A stretch of 64,000 bases of DNA from Candidatus Binatia bacterium (GTDB lineage Bacteria > Desulfobacterota > Binatia > UBA12015): the NCBI GenBank assembly GCA_029243485.1, contig JAQWRY010000088.1:27221-91220 (forward strand), read 5' to 3'. The notes beneath the pieces were generated by a model that worked only from the letters and a program-made list of their open reading frames with translations, ran no database searches and was not told where the DNA came from. Of this stretch, positions 38,593 to 48,695 are shown piece by piece (the stretch's first letter is position 1; each line of letters starts with the position of its first letter). The position numbers and the translations under genes were made by a program.

Positions 38593-40962
38593 TCAGGCGC
38601 CGGCGGGTCGCGTACCGATGACGTCCTGCTCAACGAGGGCGTCGTACTCCTCACCGCTGAGTCCGAGCAGGTCGCACAGGATCTCACGATTGTTCTGGCC
38701 GAGGGTCGGCGCAGGCGTTCGGATCCACCTCTCGAGGCTTTCGTACCGGAAGGGAAGGGTTGGTGTGGGGTGCGTCCCCGCGACGGAGTGGGTTACGGTC
38801 TCGAAAAAGCCTCGCGCCTGCAGTTGCGGATGATCGGTTCCTCGTCGGGTGTCCCACACGCGCCCGGCAGGCACGCCGGCTGCGACGAGCTCCTCCACGG
38901 TCGAATCGAGGTCGCGGTCGGCGAAGAATGTGCGGAGCTCCGCATCGATCCGGTCGTGCGCGGCCCGACGTCCGGGCTCGCTCGCGAGAGCGGCCTCACG
39001 CGTCCAGGGTGCGTCGCCGAGCACACGGATGAGCGCTGTCCACTGCTCGTCGCTCGCCACGGAAAGCGCGAGCCATTGCTCGAGTTCCGGAGCGTGTCCC
39101 CGGCAAGGATAGATCCCCTGCGGCGCGGCCATCGGGGACCGGTTCCCCATTCGCTGCGGGACGTTGCCGTACGCGGTGTACTCGATCACCTGCTCGGCGG
39201 CGGCGTTCAGTGCGCCTTCCACCATCGGGCATTCGACGTGGACGCCGCGGCCGGTGTGGTCGCGTTCCGCAAGTGCGACCATCGATGCGAAGGCGGCGTT
39301 CATTCCGGCGAGCGGGTCACACGGCCCCCGTTGTATTCGCGGCTGATCGTCCGCGTGGCCGGTGACCCACGCGAGACCGGAGATCTGATCCATCGTTTGG
39401 GCGAACCCGACGTTGTCGCGCCACGGGCCGTCGAGCCCGAACGCCGGCATGCGAACGAGTGAGAGTCGTGGATTCAGTTCCTGCAGCCGCTCCCAGCCGA
39501 GTCCGAAGCCGTCGAGGACGCGGGGGCTGTAGTTCTCCACGAGCAGGTCGCACTTCGCGGCGAGTCGCTCGATGACTTCCTTGCCGCGGTCGCCACTGAG
39601 ATCGATGCAGAGGTCGCGCTTGTTCGAGTCGGCTGCGAGAAAGAAAGCGGAGCATTCCCACCACTCCTCGACCGTTCCTTTGAGAATACCGCCGGTGTAG
39701 CGAACGCCGTCCGGTCGGCGGGCGGACTCGACGTGGATGACGTCCGCGCCGAGCGATGCGAGGACGTGGGTTCCGGCCGGGCCGGCCCACCAGTTCGTCA
39801 TGTCGAGAACGCGCAGGCCCGCGAAGGGGAGGGGCGGCGTCCCTTGGGCAGGGGGGCGGTCCGCGGCGCCCGTCGATGTCTGGTTGGTGTGTTGGCCGAG
39901 TGTCGGAGCCGGCCGAGGGGCCTCGGCCGCATTGCCGCCGACGAGATAGGGGCGGCGCGGGTGCTGGAAGCTGCCGTCGGCCGAGTCGACGAAGATGCCG
40001 CGGGCGACGAAGTGTTCGTGGAGGAGCGCGTTCTTGCCGTCATTCACGGGTGCGACCGGGATGCGCAGCGCGCTCGCACGCTCCACGATCTCGGCCGTCG
40101 TGTGCTTCGTCGTCCAGGCACGAACGGCGTCCTGCCATTCGTCGAATCGCATGGTGCGTCCCGCGACGGTCTCGAGTCCCTCGCCCTCCAAGTCCGGGCG
40201 CTCGATCAAGACCAGGAAGTCGGCGAATTGTTGAGCCGAGTTTGTGTTGAAGCCGACCCATCCATCGGCGGTTGGCTCGATCGACGGCGTCTCCGTCGTT
40301 CGGGAGGGCCACGGAGCCTCGCGCAGACCCATCAGCCGATAGATCAGATCCATGAAGATGCTGCCAGACAGATTGATGGCGTCGAGCATTGCGAGGTCGA
40401 CGTGTTCGCCGTGTCCGGTGCTTCGTGCGCGCAGCACCGCGGCGAGAGCGCCCACCGCGCCGAAGGCACCGGCGACCCACTCCGCGATGCGGCCGCCGGC
40501 CTGGTAGGGCTCCTGTTCCGGTCGTCCTCGAAGGGCGACGGATCCGCCTTCGGCTTGAACGATGAACTCCGTCCACGGGCGGTGGGCGTAGGGGCCCGAC
40601 TGTCCGTAGGGGGTGATGGACAGCACGACGGCGCCGGGATGGGCCGAACGCACCCCGGCGACGTCGAAGGCGCCGGGAGTGAAGTCCTCGACGATGAGAT
40701 CGGCCCCGGTCAGGAGCTCTCGTACGTGCGCGTCCGAGGCGTCGCCGACGATGGATTGCTTCCCCGCGTTCAGAAACCGGAAGAGCGCACCGTCGGTGCC
40801 GCCGAGGTCTGCGCCCGTAGACGAGCTGCGCCGAAGGGGGTCTCCGGCCGGGCTCTCGATCTTGAGAACGTCGGCTCCGGCGTCGACGAACAGCTTCGTT
40901 GCGTACGGCCCGGCGATCTCCGATGTGAAGTCGACGATGCGGACGCCTTTGAGTCCGTGCAT
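38593..40962 (-). CDS. tandem family-III CoA-transferase (two CaiB/BaiF domains fused)
   Basis: 789 aa. Both the N-half (VRIVDFTSEIAGPYATKLF…) and the C-half (LRVLDMTNWWAGPAGTHVLASLGADVIHVES…) have the CoA-transferase III signature. Confidence 0.8.
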   Translation of the reverse strand: MHGLKGVRIVDFTSEIAGPYATKLFVDAGADVLKIESPAGDPLRRSSSTGADLGGTDGALFRFLNAGKQSIVGDASDAHVRELLTGADLIVEDFTPGAFDVAGVRSAHPGAVVLSITPYGQSGPYAHRPWTEFIVQAEGGSVALRGRPEQEPYQAGGRIAEWVAGAFGAVGALAAVLRARSTGHGEHVDLAMLDAINLSGSIFMDLIYRLMGLREAPWPSRTTETPSIEPTADGWVGFNTNSAQQFADFLVLIERPDLEGEGLETVAGRTMRFDEWQDAVRAWTTKHTTAEIVERASALRIPVAPVNDGKNALLHEHFVARGIFVDSADGSFQHPRRPYLVGGNAAEAPRPAPTLGQHTNQTSTGAADRPPAQGTPPLPFAGLRVLDMTNWWAGPAGTHVLASLGADVIHVESARRPDGVRYTGGILKGTVEEWWECSAFFLAADSNKRDLCIDLSGDRGKEVIERLAAKCDLLVENYSPRVLDGFGLGWERLQELNPRLSLVRMPAFGLDGPWRDNVGFAQTMDQISGLAWVTGHADDQPRIQRGPCDPLAGMNAAFASMVALAERDHTGRGVHVECPMVEGALNAAAEQVIEYTAYGNVPQRMGNRSPMAAPQGIYPCRGHAPELEQWLALSVASDEQWTALIRVLGDAPWTREAALASEPGRRAAHDRIDAELRTFFADRDLDSTVEELVAAGVPAGRVWDTRRGTDHPQLQARGFFETVTHSVAGTHPTPTLPFRYESLERWIRTPAPTLGQNNREILCDLLGLSGEEYDALVEQDVIGTRPAGA

Positions 40963-40966
40963 GTCG

Positions 40967-41626
40967 TCAGCCTCCCGCCGAGCGGGCCGGCCACTGCGCG
41001 AAGATTTCGGCGATTGCTTCGGGGATTCGTTTCTTTCGGAGCTCTGGGTTCACCACGGCAGTGGCGCTGCCGTACCACAGCAGGGCTCGGTTGCGGCTAT
41101 CGCGTGCCTCGATGACGAGCGAGCCCTCTTCGTATCCGTCCATCCAGGCATCGGCGGGGCCCTCGGTCCCACCCTCGGCTTTGTATTGCGCGAAGTCGCC
41201 CCACGTATCCTGGATCTGCTTGTGCTGCGTCGAAATGTGCCACGAGAACAACATCTGCGGCTTGGCTGCGCGGACGTAGCCGCGCGCGGCCAGCTCGGCA
41301 TCGGCGCGCCCACGGATCTCCTGGTCGGTGCGCTCGACGGCCCAGTTGCCGGCCCCCGCGGGATGTAGGGTACCTCTCGAACCGGTGGCGGGCGGTGCGA
41401 AGTCGTCGCGATAGCCCACGCGCTGGGGCGGCCCCGGCTGTGTCCATTCGTATGTGCGGTACAACGAGAGGTCCACGCGCGGGTTCGTTTCGACATGGAT
41501 TCGCATCGGGGGCTGCTTGCCCGCGCACCCGACCGCAGCGACCAACGACAACAAGACGACGAGGTTTTTCAGCTCTCTAGCTCCTGCGTGATGGCGGCGG
41601 CGAGTTTCTCGGGATCGAAACCCCAC
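40967..41626 (-). CDS. DUF4136-family lipoprotein (start uncertain: GTG at 41626 or CUG at 41572)
   Basis: Lipobox LVVLLSLVAAVGC-AG. The mature part (VETNPRVDLSLYRTYEWTQP…) matches the DUF4136 pattern. Stop is 4 nt before the CoA-transferase ATG. Confidence 0.6.
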   Translation of the reverse strand: MGFRSRETRRRHHAGARELKNLVVLLSLVAAVGCAGKQPPMRIHVETNPRVDLSLYRTYEWTQPGPPQRVGYRDDFAPPATGSRGTLHPAGAGNWAVERTDQEIRGRADAELAARGYVRAAKPQMLFSWHISTQHKQIQDTWGDFAQYKAEGGTEGPADAWMDGYEEGSLVIEARDSRNRALLWYGSATAVVNPELRKKRIPEAIAEIFAQWPARSAGG

Positions 41627-42237
41627 GGCCCGGGTTCTCCCTGGAAGGCGATCCTTCCTCCGCGCCCGATGAGGTAGAGCGGATCGGGCAGGCCGCCGTA
41701 GGCGCTCGCGAGTCGGTCGCCGATGGGGTCGATCACGACCGGCATGCGAATTTGGAGACGAAGGGCGCACGAAGTGGCGACGTCTTCCCGCTCGGCGTCG
41801 CTCGTGGGGTCGTTTACGCGGATGTCCTGATCGCGATTCATCGTGATGACCCACCCCTCTTCCGGATGCGCTTCTCGGATGTGCACGACGAGGAAGTCGA
41901 CCTGGTTTCGATGGGCTTCATGGAGATCGTGGAGGCGCCCCAACTGGACACGGAACGGAGGTCAAGTATGGGAGCCGAAGATCAGGGCGACTGGGCGGTT
42001 CTTGGACACTTCTGAGAGGTGGAAGGTCTTGCCGGTCTCTTGCTTCGTGCCGCCGCTGTAGTCGAACAGCGGGAGCTCGAAATCGAATGCTGGTCCGTCG
42101 GCCTCGACGGTGGCGGTCGAGAGGTCGATCATCTTCGCATCCGCGTGCAGATCGTCGGGGGTGAGAGGCGAGTCGTCCGGCGTGAGCGACTTCCAGTCCA
42201 GTCCTTCGGGCATTTTGGTAGCCATGATGGCGCCCAT
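41569..42237 (-). CDS. iodothyronine-deiodinase-like thioredoxin-fold selenoprotein (in-frame UGA, probable Sec)
   Basis: Two adjacent same-frame ORFs are separated only by a TGA at 41962-41964. Read-through gives …RPVALIFGSHT-U-PPFRVQ…FLVVHIREAHPEEGW…, the deiodinase active-site motif FGSxTUPPF plus the downstream EAHPxDGW block. Confidence 0.6.
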
Positions 42238-42299
42238 CCTTGCACCCCAGGCGGGGTGGTTCCACTCCCGGCGGCTTCAGCTGCTACGGAGGGAGCGGC

Positions 42300-43967
42300 A
42301 TGAGCGCGGAGAGTAGCGGAGAACCGGTGTCGCTCCGGCAAGTGATCCCCGCGGCCCTCGCGGGGATCGCCGTGCTCGCCGTCGTGGTCGGTAGCTTCGT
42401 CGCCTCCGAGCGCTTCATCTACTACTGGGATTTCTCGGGCTACTGGCTCGCCACGATCCAGCTGGGGGAGCTGCTCGGTGATCCCAGTGCGGCGCTCGAG
42501 CTTCTGGTCGAATCCGTCCGCCACGAGAAGTACAACCTGTTGGCGGCCGTACCGCTCGCTCCGCTCAGTCGGGTCTTTGACTACGACCGCACGGCCTGGG
42601 TTCTCGTCGTGCTCGCCGTATACGGCCTGCCCGCCGTGATCGCCCTCGCCATGGTCTCGTTGCGGATGGCCGATGCGGCACGGGTCCGGTGGGCTCCGCT
42701 CGTCGCTGTTGCGACGGTGGTCCTTCTTCCCGCCTTGTGGGCGCCACTCCTGCGCGGGTCGATCGGGATCGGAGGAGTCTGGCTCGCCGTCGTCGTGTGG
42801 CTGGTCTCCCCGTTTCCGGTGCGGGAGATGTCGATCCGGCGTGCGGTTGGAATCGGCGCGATGCTGGCCGGCCTGATTCTCTTCCGACGTTGGTACGGCT
42901 TCTGGGTTCTCTGCTGGGTCCTGGCGCTTGGGATTGAGGCGATGATCGCGCGTGGCGCGTGGCGCGACCGGCTCTCCGGCCTTCGGAAGGTCGCGGTGCA
43001 GGCCGCGTCTGCGGGCGTCTTGCTGCTGCTCATCGCGACGCCGATCGCTCTGCAGATGCTCACGACGGATCCGGCCGCGAGCCGCGCAGCGTATCGTGCA
43101 CTCGACTTCTATGCCGATGGCCTGGGTCGTGCGTCGAATCGGTTCGGCTTCGTGCCACTCGCGTTCGCAGCCGCCGGGTTGGCCGTCGCGTGGCGCAGCC
43201 CGGCGCATCGCAGCCTCGCGCGGGTGATGGCCCTGCAAACCTTTCTCATCCTGGTGATCTTCCTGCGGGCACAGCCGTTCGATCGCCACCACTACTATCT
43301 GATCGCCCCGCAGATCGGCGTGCTCGCCGCGGTGTTTCTCGTCGATCTCGCGCGCCGTGCCGGCGAGGCGGTCCTGCCGCGCGTCGGTCTCGCCGCGGGC
43401 CTGGCCGTTCTGGCGCTCGGGTCGGTCCTCGCGTTCGGTGCTCCGGTGGGACAGGGGTTGAGCGACCCGTGGGGCGTGCTCGCTACCCCGCGGTATCAGC
43501 CGCAGGTTCGATACGATCTGCCGGAGATCGTCCGTCTCTCCCGGACACTCGAGGCGCTCGCGGACGAGCCGAAGGACAAGATCTACGTTCTGTCGAGCTA
43601 CTGGCTGCTCAACGAGGACATCCTGAAGAACGCGCACCTGACGACGGAGGCTCCGAACATCGCGGCCCACGTGGAACTCTCGGCGCATCTCGATCGCAAG
43701 GAGCGATTCCCGACGCGGCTCCTTACGGCCGACTATGCGGTGGTGACGGATCCGCCGCGGGTGCACGTGCGAGCGGAGGAACAGGACGTCATCCTCGTGC
43801 CGGCCGCGCAGATTCTCGCCGGCACCGGGATCGGTCGCTCCTTCCAGCGCTTGCCCGGCGAGTTCACGCTTCAGGACGGGACGACGGTTTCGATCTACGA
43901 GCGTACCGGACCTGTCCGGTCGATGGCGAAGCGACGTCTGCGCGAGCGCCTGGAGCGGGATCTCTAG
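42300..43967 (+). CDS. polytopic inner-membrane protein, possibly GT-C-fold glycosyltransferase-like
   Basis: 556 aa from MSAESSG with a GGAGGGA RBS. Has about 10 predicted transmembrane helices and a soluble ~200-aa C-terminal domain. Confidence 0.6.
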   Translation: MSAESSGEPVSLRQVIPAALAGIAVLAVVVGSFVASERFIYYWDFSGYWLATIQLGELLGDPSAALELLVESVRHEKYNLLAAVPLAPLSRVFDYDRTAWVLVVLAVYGLPAVIALAMVSLRMADAARVRWAPLVAVATVVLLPALWAPLLRGSIGIGGVWLAVVVWLVSPFPVREMSIRRAVGIGAMLAGLILFRRWYGFWVLCWVLALGIEAMIARGAWRDRLSGLRKVAVQAASAGVLLLLIATPIALQMLTTDPAASRAAYRALDFYADGLGRASNRFGFVPLAFAAAGLAVAWRSPAHRSLARVMALQTFLILVIFLRAQPFDRHHYYLIAPQIGVLAAVFLVDLARRAGEAVLPRVGLAAGLAVLALGSVLAFGAPVGQGLSDPWGVLATPRYQPQVRYDLPEIVRLSRTLEALADEPKDKIYVLSSYWLLNEDILKNAHLTTEAPNIAAHVELSAHLDRKERFPTRLLTADYAVVTDPPRVHVRAEEQDVILVPAAQILAGTGIGRSFQRLPGEFTLQDGTTVSIYERTGPVRSMAKRRLRERLERDL

Positions 43968-43974
43968 TGCGGGG

Positions 43975-44700
43975 CTACTGAACGAGGCGCTCGTATCGCC
44001 GCGCGAGGGGCGCGCCGCAGCCGAGACACATCGCGATCGGGATCGCCGAGTACGCCAGTTCCGCGTCGACCGGCACGGGAACCCCGGCGGCCCGAAGCTT
44101 TGCTGCGCTCGCCCAACCCCGGAGGAGCCCGAGATAGATCCAGTACCAGGGGTTCCACCACAGGGCCCACTGCGAACCGGTCGGGAGAAGGAATATTAGG
44201 ATGGGCGCCGTGGTGATCGAGCCGGCGACCTTCTGCATCGCGAGTGCCTCGATCTTGTTGGATGCATACGCCCCGAAAAACAGGACGAACACGGGCGAGC
44301 CCATTGAAGCAGCGGCGAGGGCACCGAAGAACGCTCCCGGGTGCACGAGGGGGCGCCCGTACACGACGCGTATCTTCATGCCCTTGGAATAGTGATCCAC
44401 CCGGGCGGGTCGTTCGCGGGCAGGTCGAGTTGGGCGAGCAGGTCGGCGCTCGTCTCGCACGAGCCCTGGAAGAACGAGGTGGAGAAATCGAGGTTCTCGA
44501 CCGCTGTGAGCTTCCCGTACAGGTTCGGGATCTCGAACGAGACGCCGATCCGTTGGTGATAGTCGGGGCCTTGCGCAGACAAGTCTTCGCCGAAGACCTC
44601 TCCCTCCTCGGTCGAGAAGTCGAGACTGTGCGAAACTCCGCCGGAGGAACCGGGGCAGGCGCACGAGAGGCCTGCGACTCCCGCGACAATGGGGGTCCCA
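43975..44700 (-). pseudogene. ABC transporter remnant (degenerate ATPase fragments fused to a permease C-terminus)
   Basis: One frame has the Q-loop region GPDYHQRIGVSFEIPNLYGKLTAVENLDF with a degenerate Walker A. After a frameshift the signature-like YSKGMKIRVVYGRPLVHP runs straight into transmembrane helices. There is no Walker B. Confidence 0.45.
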
Positions 44701-44703
44701 GCC

Positions 44704-45057
44704 CTACGCCAGTGGGACGAAGATGGAAACGCGCGGCTCGTCGTCGATCGCACGGCTGATGTGGCCGCGGCCGGTCGTGTCTTCGGCGAGCAGCACGTCC
44801 CCGGCGTAGAGGCGGCGTTTGGTGCCATTGCCGACCTCGATCTCGACACCGCCGCCCGAGAGCATGATCACGAACTGGCGCTGTGGGGCATTGTGCCACT
44901 GGTAGTCGTAGTCGCGCTCGGTCTGGCGAAACATCACGCTTTTGGCGGCGAGCGGCTTCGAGATCGCGCCGATGGTGCCCCGATCGATCAGGTCGATCTC
45001 GACGTCGTCGAAATGGGACTCGCCGTCTTCGCCCGTGTAGATCCGTGTGACGTTCAT
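44704..45057 (-). CDS. small cupin-domain protein
   Basis: 117 aa beta-rich ORF: …WHNAPQRQFVIMLSGGGVEIEVGNGTKRRLYAGDVLLAED…. Confidence 0.55.
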   Translation of the reverse strand: MNVTRIYTGEDGESHFDDVEIDLIDRGTIGAISKPLAAKSVMFRQTERDYDYQWHNAPQRQFVIMLSGGGVEIEVGNGTKRRLYAGDVLLAEDTTGRGHISRAIDDEPRVSIFVPLA

Positions 45058-45231
45058 GGTCGCTCCTTGGTCGCCGCAGTATGACGGTTTTTTCAGCGCT
45101 CGCCCACGGAATGGGCAGATCGCGCCGCCTTTGTGCTGAATGAATCACCGGAATCCGCCGTCCGTCCGTGGCACGCGCACTGCTTTGACGGTGAGGGCGC
45201 TGCGCGCCATCGCGTGGGAGAGGAGCGACCG

Positions 45232-46698
45232 ATGCCCAAATACATGTACGAGCGCCTTTCGGCGCAGGACAATAGTTTTCTTGTCTCCGAGCAGCCGAAC
45301 GTGCCTCTGCACGTCGCGGCGGTCGGAATCTACCAGCTTGGCGATCTGGCCTCCGAGGCCGGCGGCGTCGATGTCCGGAAGTTCAAGCGGGCTCTCGAGG
45401 CGCAGCTCCACCGGATCCCGCGGTACCGGGAGAAGCTCCAGTACGTTCCGGTCGAGGGGCGTCCCGTGTGGGTCGACGACGCCCACTTCAACATCGACTA
45501 TCACGTCCGCCACGCGGCGCTGCCGAAGCCGGGTGACGTCGAAGAGCTGAAGAAGCTGACAGCCCGAATCACCACGCGAGCCCTGGATCGTACTCGGCCG
45601 CTCTGGGAGATGTGGATCATCGAGGGGCTGTCTGACGATCGATTCGCAATCGTGAACAAGATCCATCACTGCATGGTCGACGGCTCGTCGGGTGCGGATG
45701 TAGCCCAGATCCTCATGTCGCCGACTCCCGAACACGAGATCGGGACTCCGCGGCCCTTCATGCCGCGACCGGCGCCGACGAGTTCAGAGCTCGCGCTCGA
45801 TGCGGCAAAGCGCCTGGTCCTATCGCCCGTCGAAGTCATCGGGGGTCTAGGGGCATTTGCGCGTGGGTCGTCCGATGTCGCGGGTGAGCTCGGAGCGCGG
45901 GCGCGGGCCGTCGTCGACTTCACGAAGAACGCGCTCGCGCCGTCGTCCGATACACCGATCAACGGCCCTCTCGGCCCGCACCGTCGAATCGATTGGCTGA
46001 GCCTGCCACTCGACGACGTGAAGGCCGTTCGCCGTGCGCTCGGGTGTACTGTGAACGACGTGGTGCTGGCGACCGTTACGGGAGCGGTCCGGCAGTACCT
46101 GCTTCGTCGCGGCGTCTCTCCCGCCGGCATGGACTTCCGGATTTCGGCGCCGGTGAGCGTGCGTCGCGACGACGAGCAGGGTCGGCTCGGCAATCGCGTT
46201 TCGGCGTGGATCCTTCGTCTCCCGATCGGCGAGAGCGATCCGCTCGAGTGGGTTCGCCAGGTTAGCCAGGAAACTCGTGACCTGAAGGATTCGCGTCAGG
46301 CGCTAGCATTCGACCTGATGATGAAAGCCGCCGAGTACGCTCCGTCGTCCGTCCTGGCCCTCGGCTCTCGCCTCGCATCGGGACCGATCAACATGATCGT
46401 CACGAACGTGCCCGGCCCCCAGTTCCCCCTCTACATTCTGGGGGCGCGGCTTCTGGAGATGCACCCGCTGGTGCCGCTACTCGACGGCACCGGCCTCGGG
46501 ATCGCGCTCTTCAGCTACGATGGCATGCTTCACGTCGGCCTGAACGCGGACTACGAGATGATCCCGGACCTGAGCGCTTTCATGGCCTTCTTCGCACAGT
46601 CGTTCATGACTCTCTTCGATGCGGCAGGGCTGGGTGCGCCCGCGGAGTCCGAGCAGCCCGTCGACGCCGCGGCGTCGACGCTCGCGAAGACCGCGTAG
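45232..46698 (+). CDS. wax ester synthase/diacylglycerol acyltransferase (WS/DGAT)
   Basis: HHCMVDGSSG catalytic motif. GGAGAGGAG RBS precedes the ATG at 45232. Confidence 0.85.
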   Translation: MPKYMYERLSAQDNSFLVSEQPNVPLHVAAVGIYQLGDLASEAGGVDVRKFKRALEAQLHRIPRYREKLQYVPVEGRPVWVDDAHFNIDYHVRHAALPKPGDVEELKKLTARITTRALDRTRPLWEMWIIEGLSDDRFAIVNKIHHCMVDGSSGADVAQILMSPTPEHEIGTPRPFMPRPAPTSSELALDAAKRLVLSPVEVIGGLGAFARGSSDVAGELGARARAVVDFTKNALAPSSDTPINGPLGPHRRIDWLSLPLDDVKAVRRALGCTVNDVVLATVTGAVRQYLLRRGVSPAGMDFRISAPVSVRRDDEQGRLGNRVSAWILRLPIGESDPLEWVRQVSQETRDLKDSRQALAFDLMMKAAEYAPSSVLALGSRLASGPINMIVTNVPGPQFPLYILGARLLEMHPLVPLLDGTGLGIALFSYDGMLHVGLNADYEMIPDLSAFMAFFAQSFMTLFDAAGLGAPAESEQPVDAAASTLAKTA

Positions 46699-46813
46699 TC
46701 TTCTTGGGTGGCGAGTTCGACGAATCGGGCATCGTCCCTCGATGAGAGTTTTGTGGGGCGCCCTCGCGTAGGGACTCGCACGGCTGCGTCGAGATCTGAT
46801 ACGTCGGCACTCG

Positions 46814-47500
46814 ATGGCCGACCAACAGGAGCTGGTCGATCGCGCGGTCGCGTTGGAGTCCCTTGCCAAGGAGGCGGCGTCCGAGGGCGGAGGCCGGTTT
46901 GTATCGGCTGGCGGTGCCGGAGGCGCTCGGAGGTTTAGAGGCGAGCCCGGCGATGCAGATTCGCGCGATCGAGGCGATCTCGCAGGGCGATGGGGCGGCG
47001 GGGTGGAACCTCATGATCGGAATCGAGACGACGAGTCTCGTCTCATTCGCGCCGGACTGCGTGGTGGAGGTCTCCACCGATCCCACCGCGATTCTCTGCG
47101 GGTCGACCGCGGCCGTCGGCCAGGCGACGATCGAGGAAGGAGGCGTTCGGGTGACCGGCCGGGCTTGCAGGTTCTGGACGACGAACGTCTCGGGGCCGCT
47201 CGGAGAATCCGGACTGGTTCACGGCTCGCGTACAACAAGACCGGTGTCGCGTTGGGAAGCGCGCCCGTCTGGAGATCGCGTGCAGTCACGCCGTGGCTGC
47301 GTTGGCCCGTGCCGTTGCGGAGGTGCATCGAGCCGCAGGGACGGATACGAACCGTGCGGGCTCGGTTCTCGACCGATGTCAGCGGGACGTTCTGGTGGTG
47401 GGCCAGCACTTGACCGTCGCGCAGCCGCTAATCGAAGATGCGGCGCGGATGCTCTTCGGCTTGGAGCCGACTTCGTTCGTTCTCGCGACCTGAGCGCCCG
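46814..47500 (+). pseudogene. acyl-CoA dehydrogenase-superfamily remnant, frameshifted and truncated
   Basis: Frame A: MADQQELVDRAVALESLAKEAA… Frame B: …GLYRLAVPEALGGLE…IEAISQGDGAAGW… Then a compressed middle-domain-like …ILCGSTAAVGQATIEEGGVRVTGRA… No C-terminal domain follows. Confidence 0.4.
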
Positions 47501-47539
47501 GGGGTTGCCCGCCGGCGAGAGGGGTGAGAGTACGCAGGC

Positions 47540-48271
47540 ATGGGTGATTCGCGCGCAGCGCTCGTCATTGGTGCGGGTCCTGGTCTCGGCGCGTCGATTT
47601 GTCGCCGTTTCGGCCGCGAGGGGTTCACGATCTGTGGGGTCCGTCGTCGCCACGCCGATGAGCTCGACGATCTGTGCCGAGAGATCGGAGATGCGGGCGG
47701 CGAGGCGCACGGCTTCACGACCGACATGCGCAACGAAGAAGAGGTCGTCGCGCTCTTCGACAAAATCGAAAAGGACATCGGCCCCCTCAGGGTCGTCGTG
47801 TTCAACCCCGGGGCGAACGTCAGCTTCTCGATCGAGGAGACGACCACGCGCGTGTTCACGAAGGTCTGGGAGATGGCCTGCTTCGCGGGCTTCCTCGTCG
47901 GCCGCGAGGCCGCGCGTCGCATGTTGCCGCGCGCCGAAGGGACGATTCTCTTCACCGGAGCGACCGCGAGTGTGCGCGGCGGCGCCGGCTTCTCCGCCTT
48001 TGCCAGCGCGAAAGCGGGGCTCCGTTCCGTCGCGCAGAGCATGGCGCGTGAACTCGGCCCGAAGGGGATCCACGTCGGACACGTCGTGATCGACGGGGGG
48101 ATCGACGGTGCTTTCATTCGCGAGATGATGGGCGACCGACTGAAGGAGATGCCGCCGGACGCGATCCTCGATCCGGAAGATATCGCGGAGACCTATTGGG
48201 CTCTGCACGCACAGCGGCGCAGCGCGTGGACGTTCGAGGCGGACGTTCGACCGTGGACCGAGCGCTGGTGA
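47540..48271 (+). CDS. SDR oxidoreductase
   Basis: IGAGPGLGAS…NPGAN…S…FASAKAG. Confidence 0.8.
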   Translation: MGDSRAALVIGAGPGLGASICRRFGREGFTICGVRRRHADELDDLCREIGDAGGEAHGFTTDMRNEEEVVALFDKIEKDIGPLRVVVFNPGANVSFSIEETTTRVFTKVWEMACFAGFLVGREAARRMLPRAEGTILFTGATASVRGGAGFSAFASAKAGLRSVAQSMARELGPKGIHVGHVVIDGGIDGAFIREMMGDRLKEMPPDAILDPEDIAETYWALHAQRRSAWTFEADVRPWTERW

Positions 48272-48272
48272 T

Positions 48273-48650
48273 TGACTAGCTCCGCATCGGTGAGGTCGCC
48301 AAGCGGGCCGGGGCCGCGTCGTCCGCGATACGCTACTACGAGATCGAAGGTCTGATTTCGCGACCGGCGCTACGCGGTGGGAGACGGATCTACGACGAGG
48401 GTGTCGTCTCTCGCCTTGCGCTGATTGATCTCGCAAAAGCGCGGGGTTCACGGTGGCGGAAGTGAAGCTTCTGCGCGGCGACTTCAGGGGCCGGGCCTCG
48501 ACCGGTGAGCGCTCGCGGACGAGAAGGTCGGCGAACTCGATCGCCCCATCGAAGAGGCGGAGCAGATGAAGCGTGTTCTGAAGGTCATGATGAGTTGCGA
48601 ATGCCCGCCGTTCGAGGACTGCTCCCGGGCGATCGGGGTGTGTGATTGAC
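48273..48650 (+). pseudogene. MerR-family transcriptional regulator, start lost and at least 2 frameshifts
   Basis: HTH LRIGEVAKRAGAASSAIRYYEIEGLISRPALRGGRRIYDEGVVSRLALIDLAKARG stops after …RWRK*. The expected …GFTVAEVKLL… requires +1 nt at ~48447. A C-terminal coiled coil and Cys cluster (…ELDRPIEEAEQMKRVLKVMMSCECPPFEDC…) lie in a third frame. A TAG sits immediately 5' of the HTH. Confidence 0.45.
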
Positions 48651-48695
48651 CGGCTTTTGCGTTCCGGGCACGGTCGTGGGAACACGATCCCGGCC

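Noticed and set aside
41962-41964. The in-frame TGA in the deiodinase-like gene, considered as a simple nonsense pseudogene.
   Set aside because: The stop falls exactly on the catalytic Sec/Cys column, and the flanking motif is perfectly conserved with no other lesions. Sec recoding is more parsimonious, but remains unproven here.
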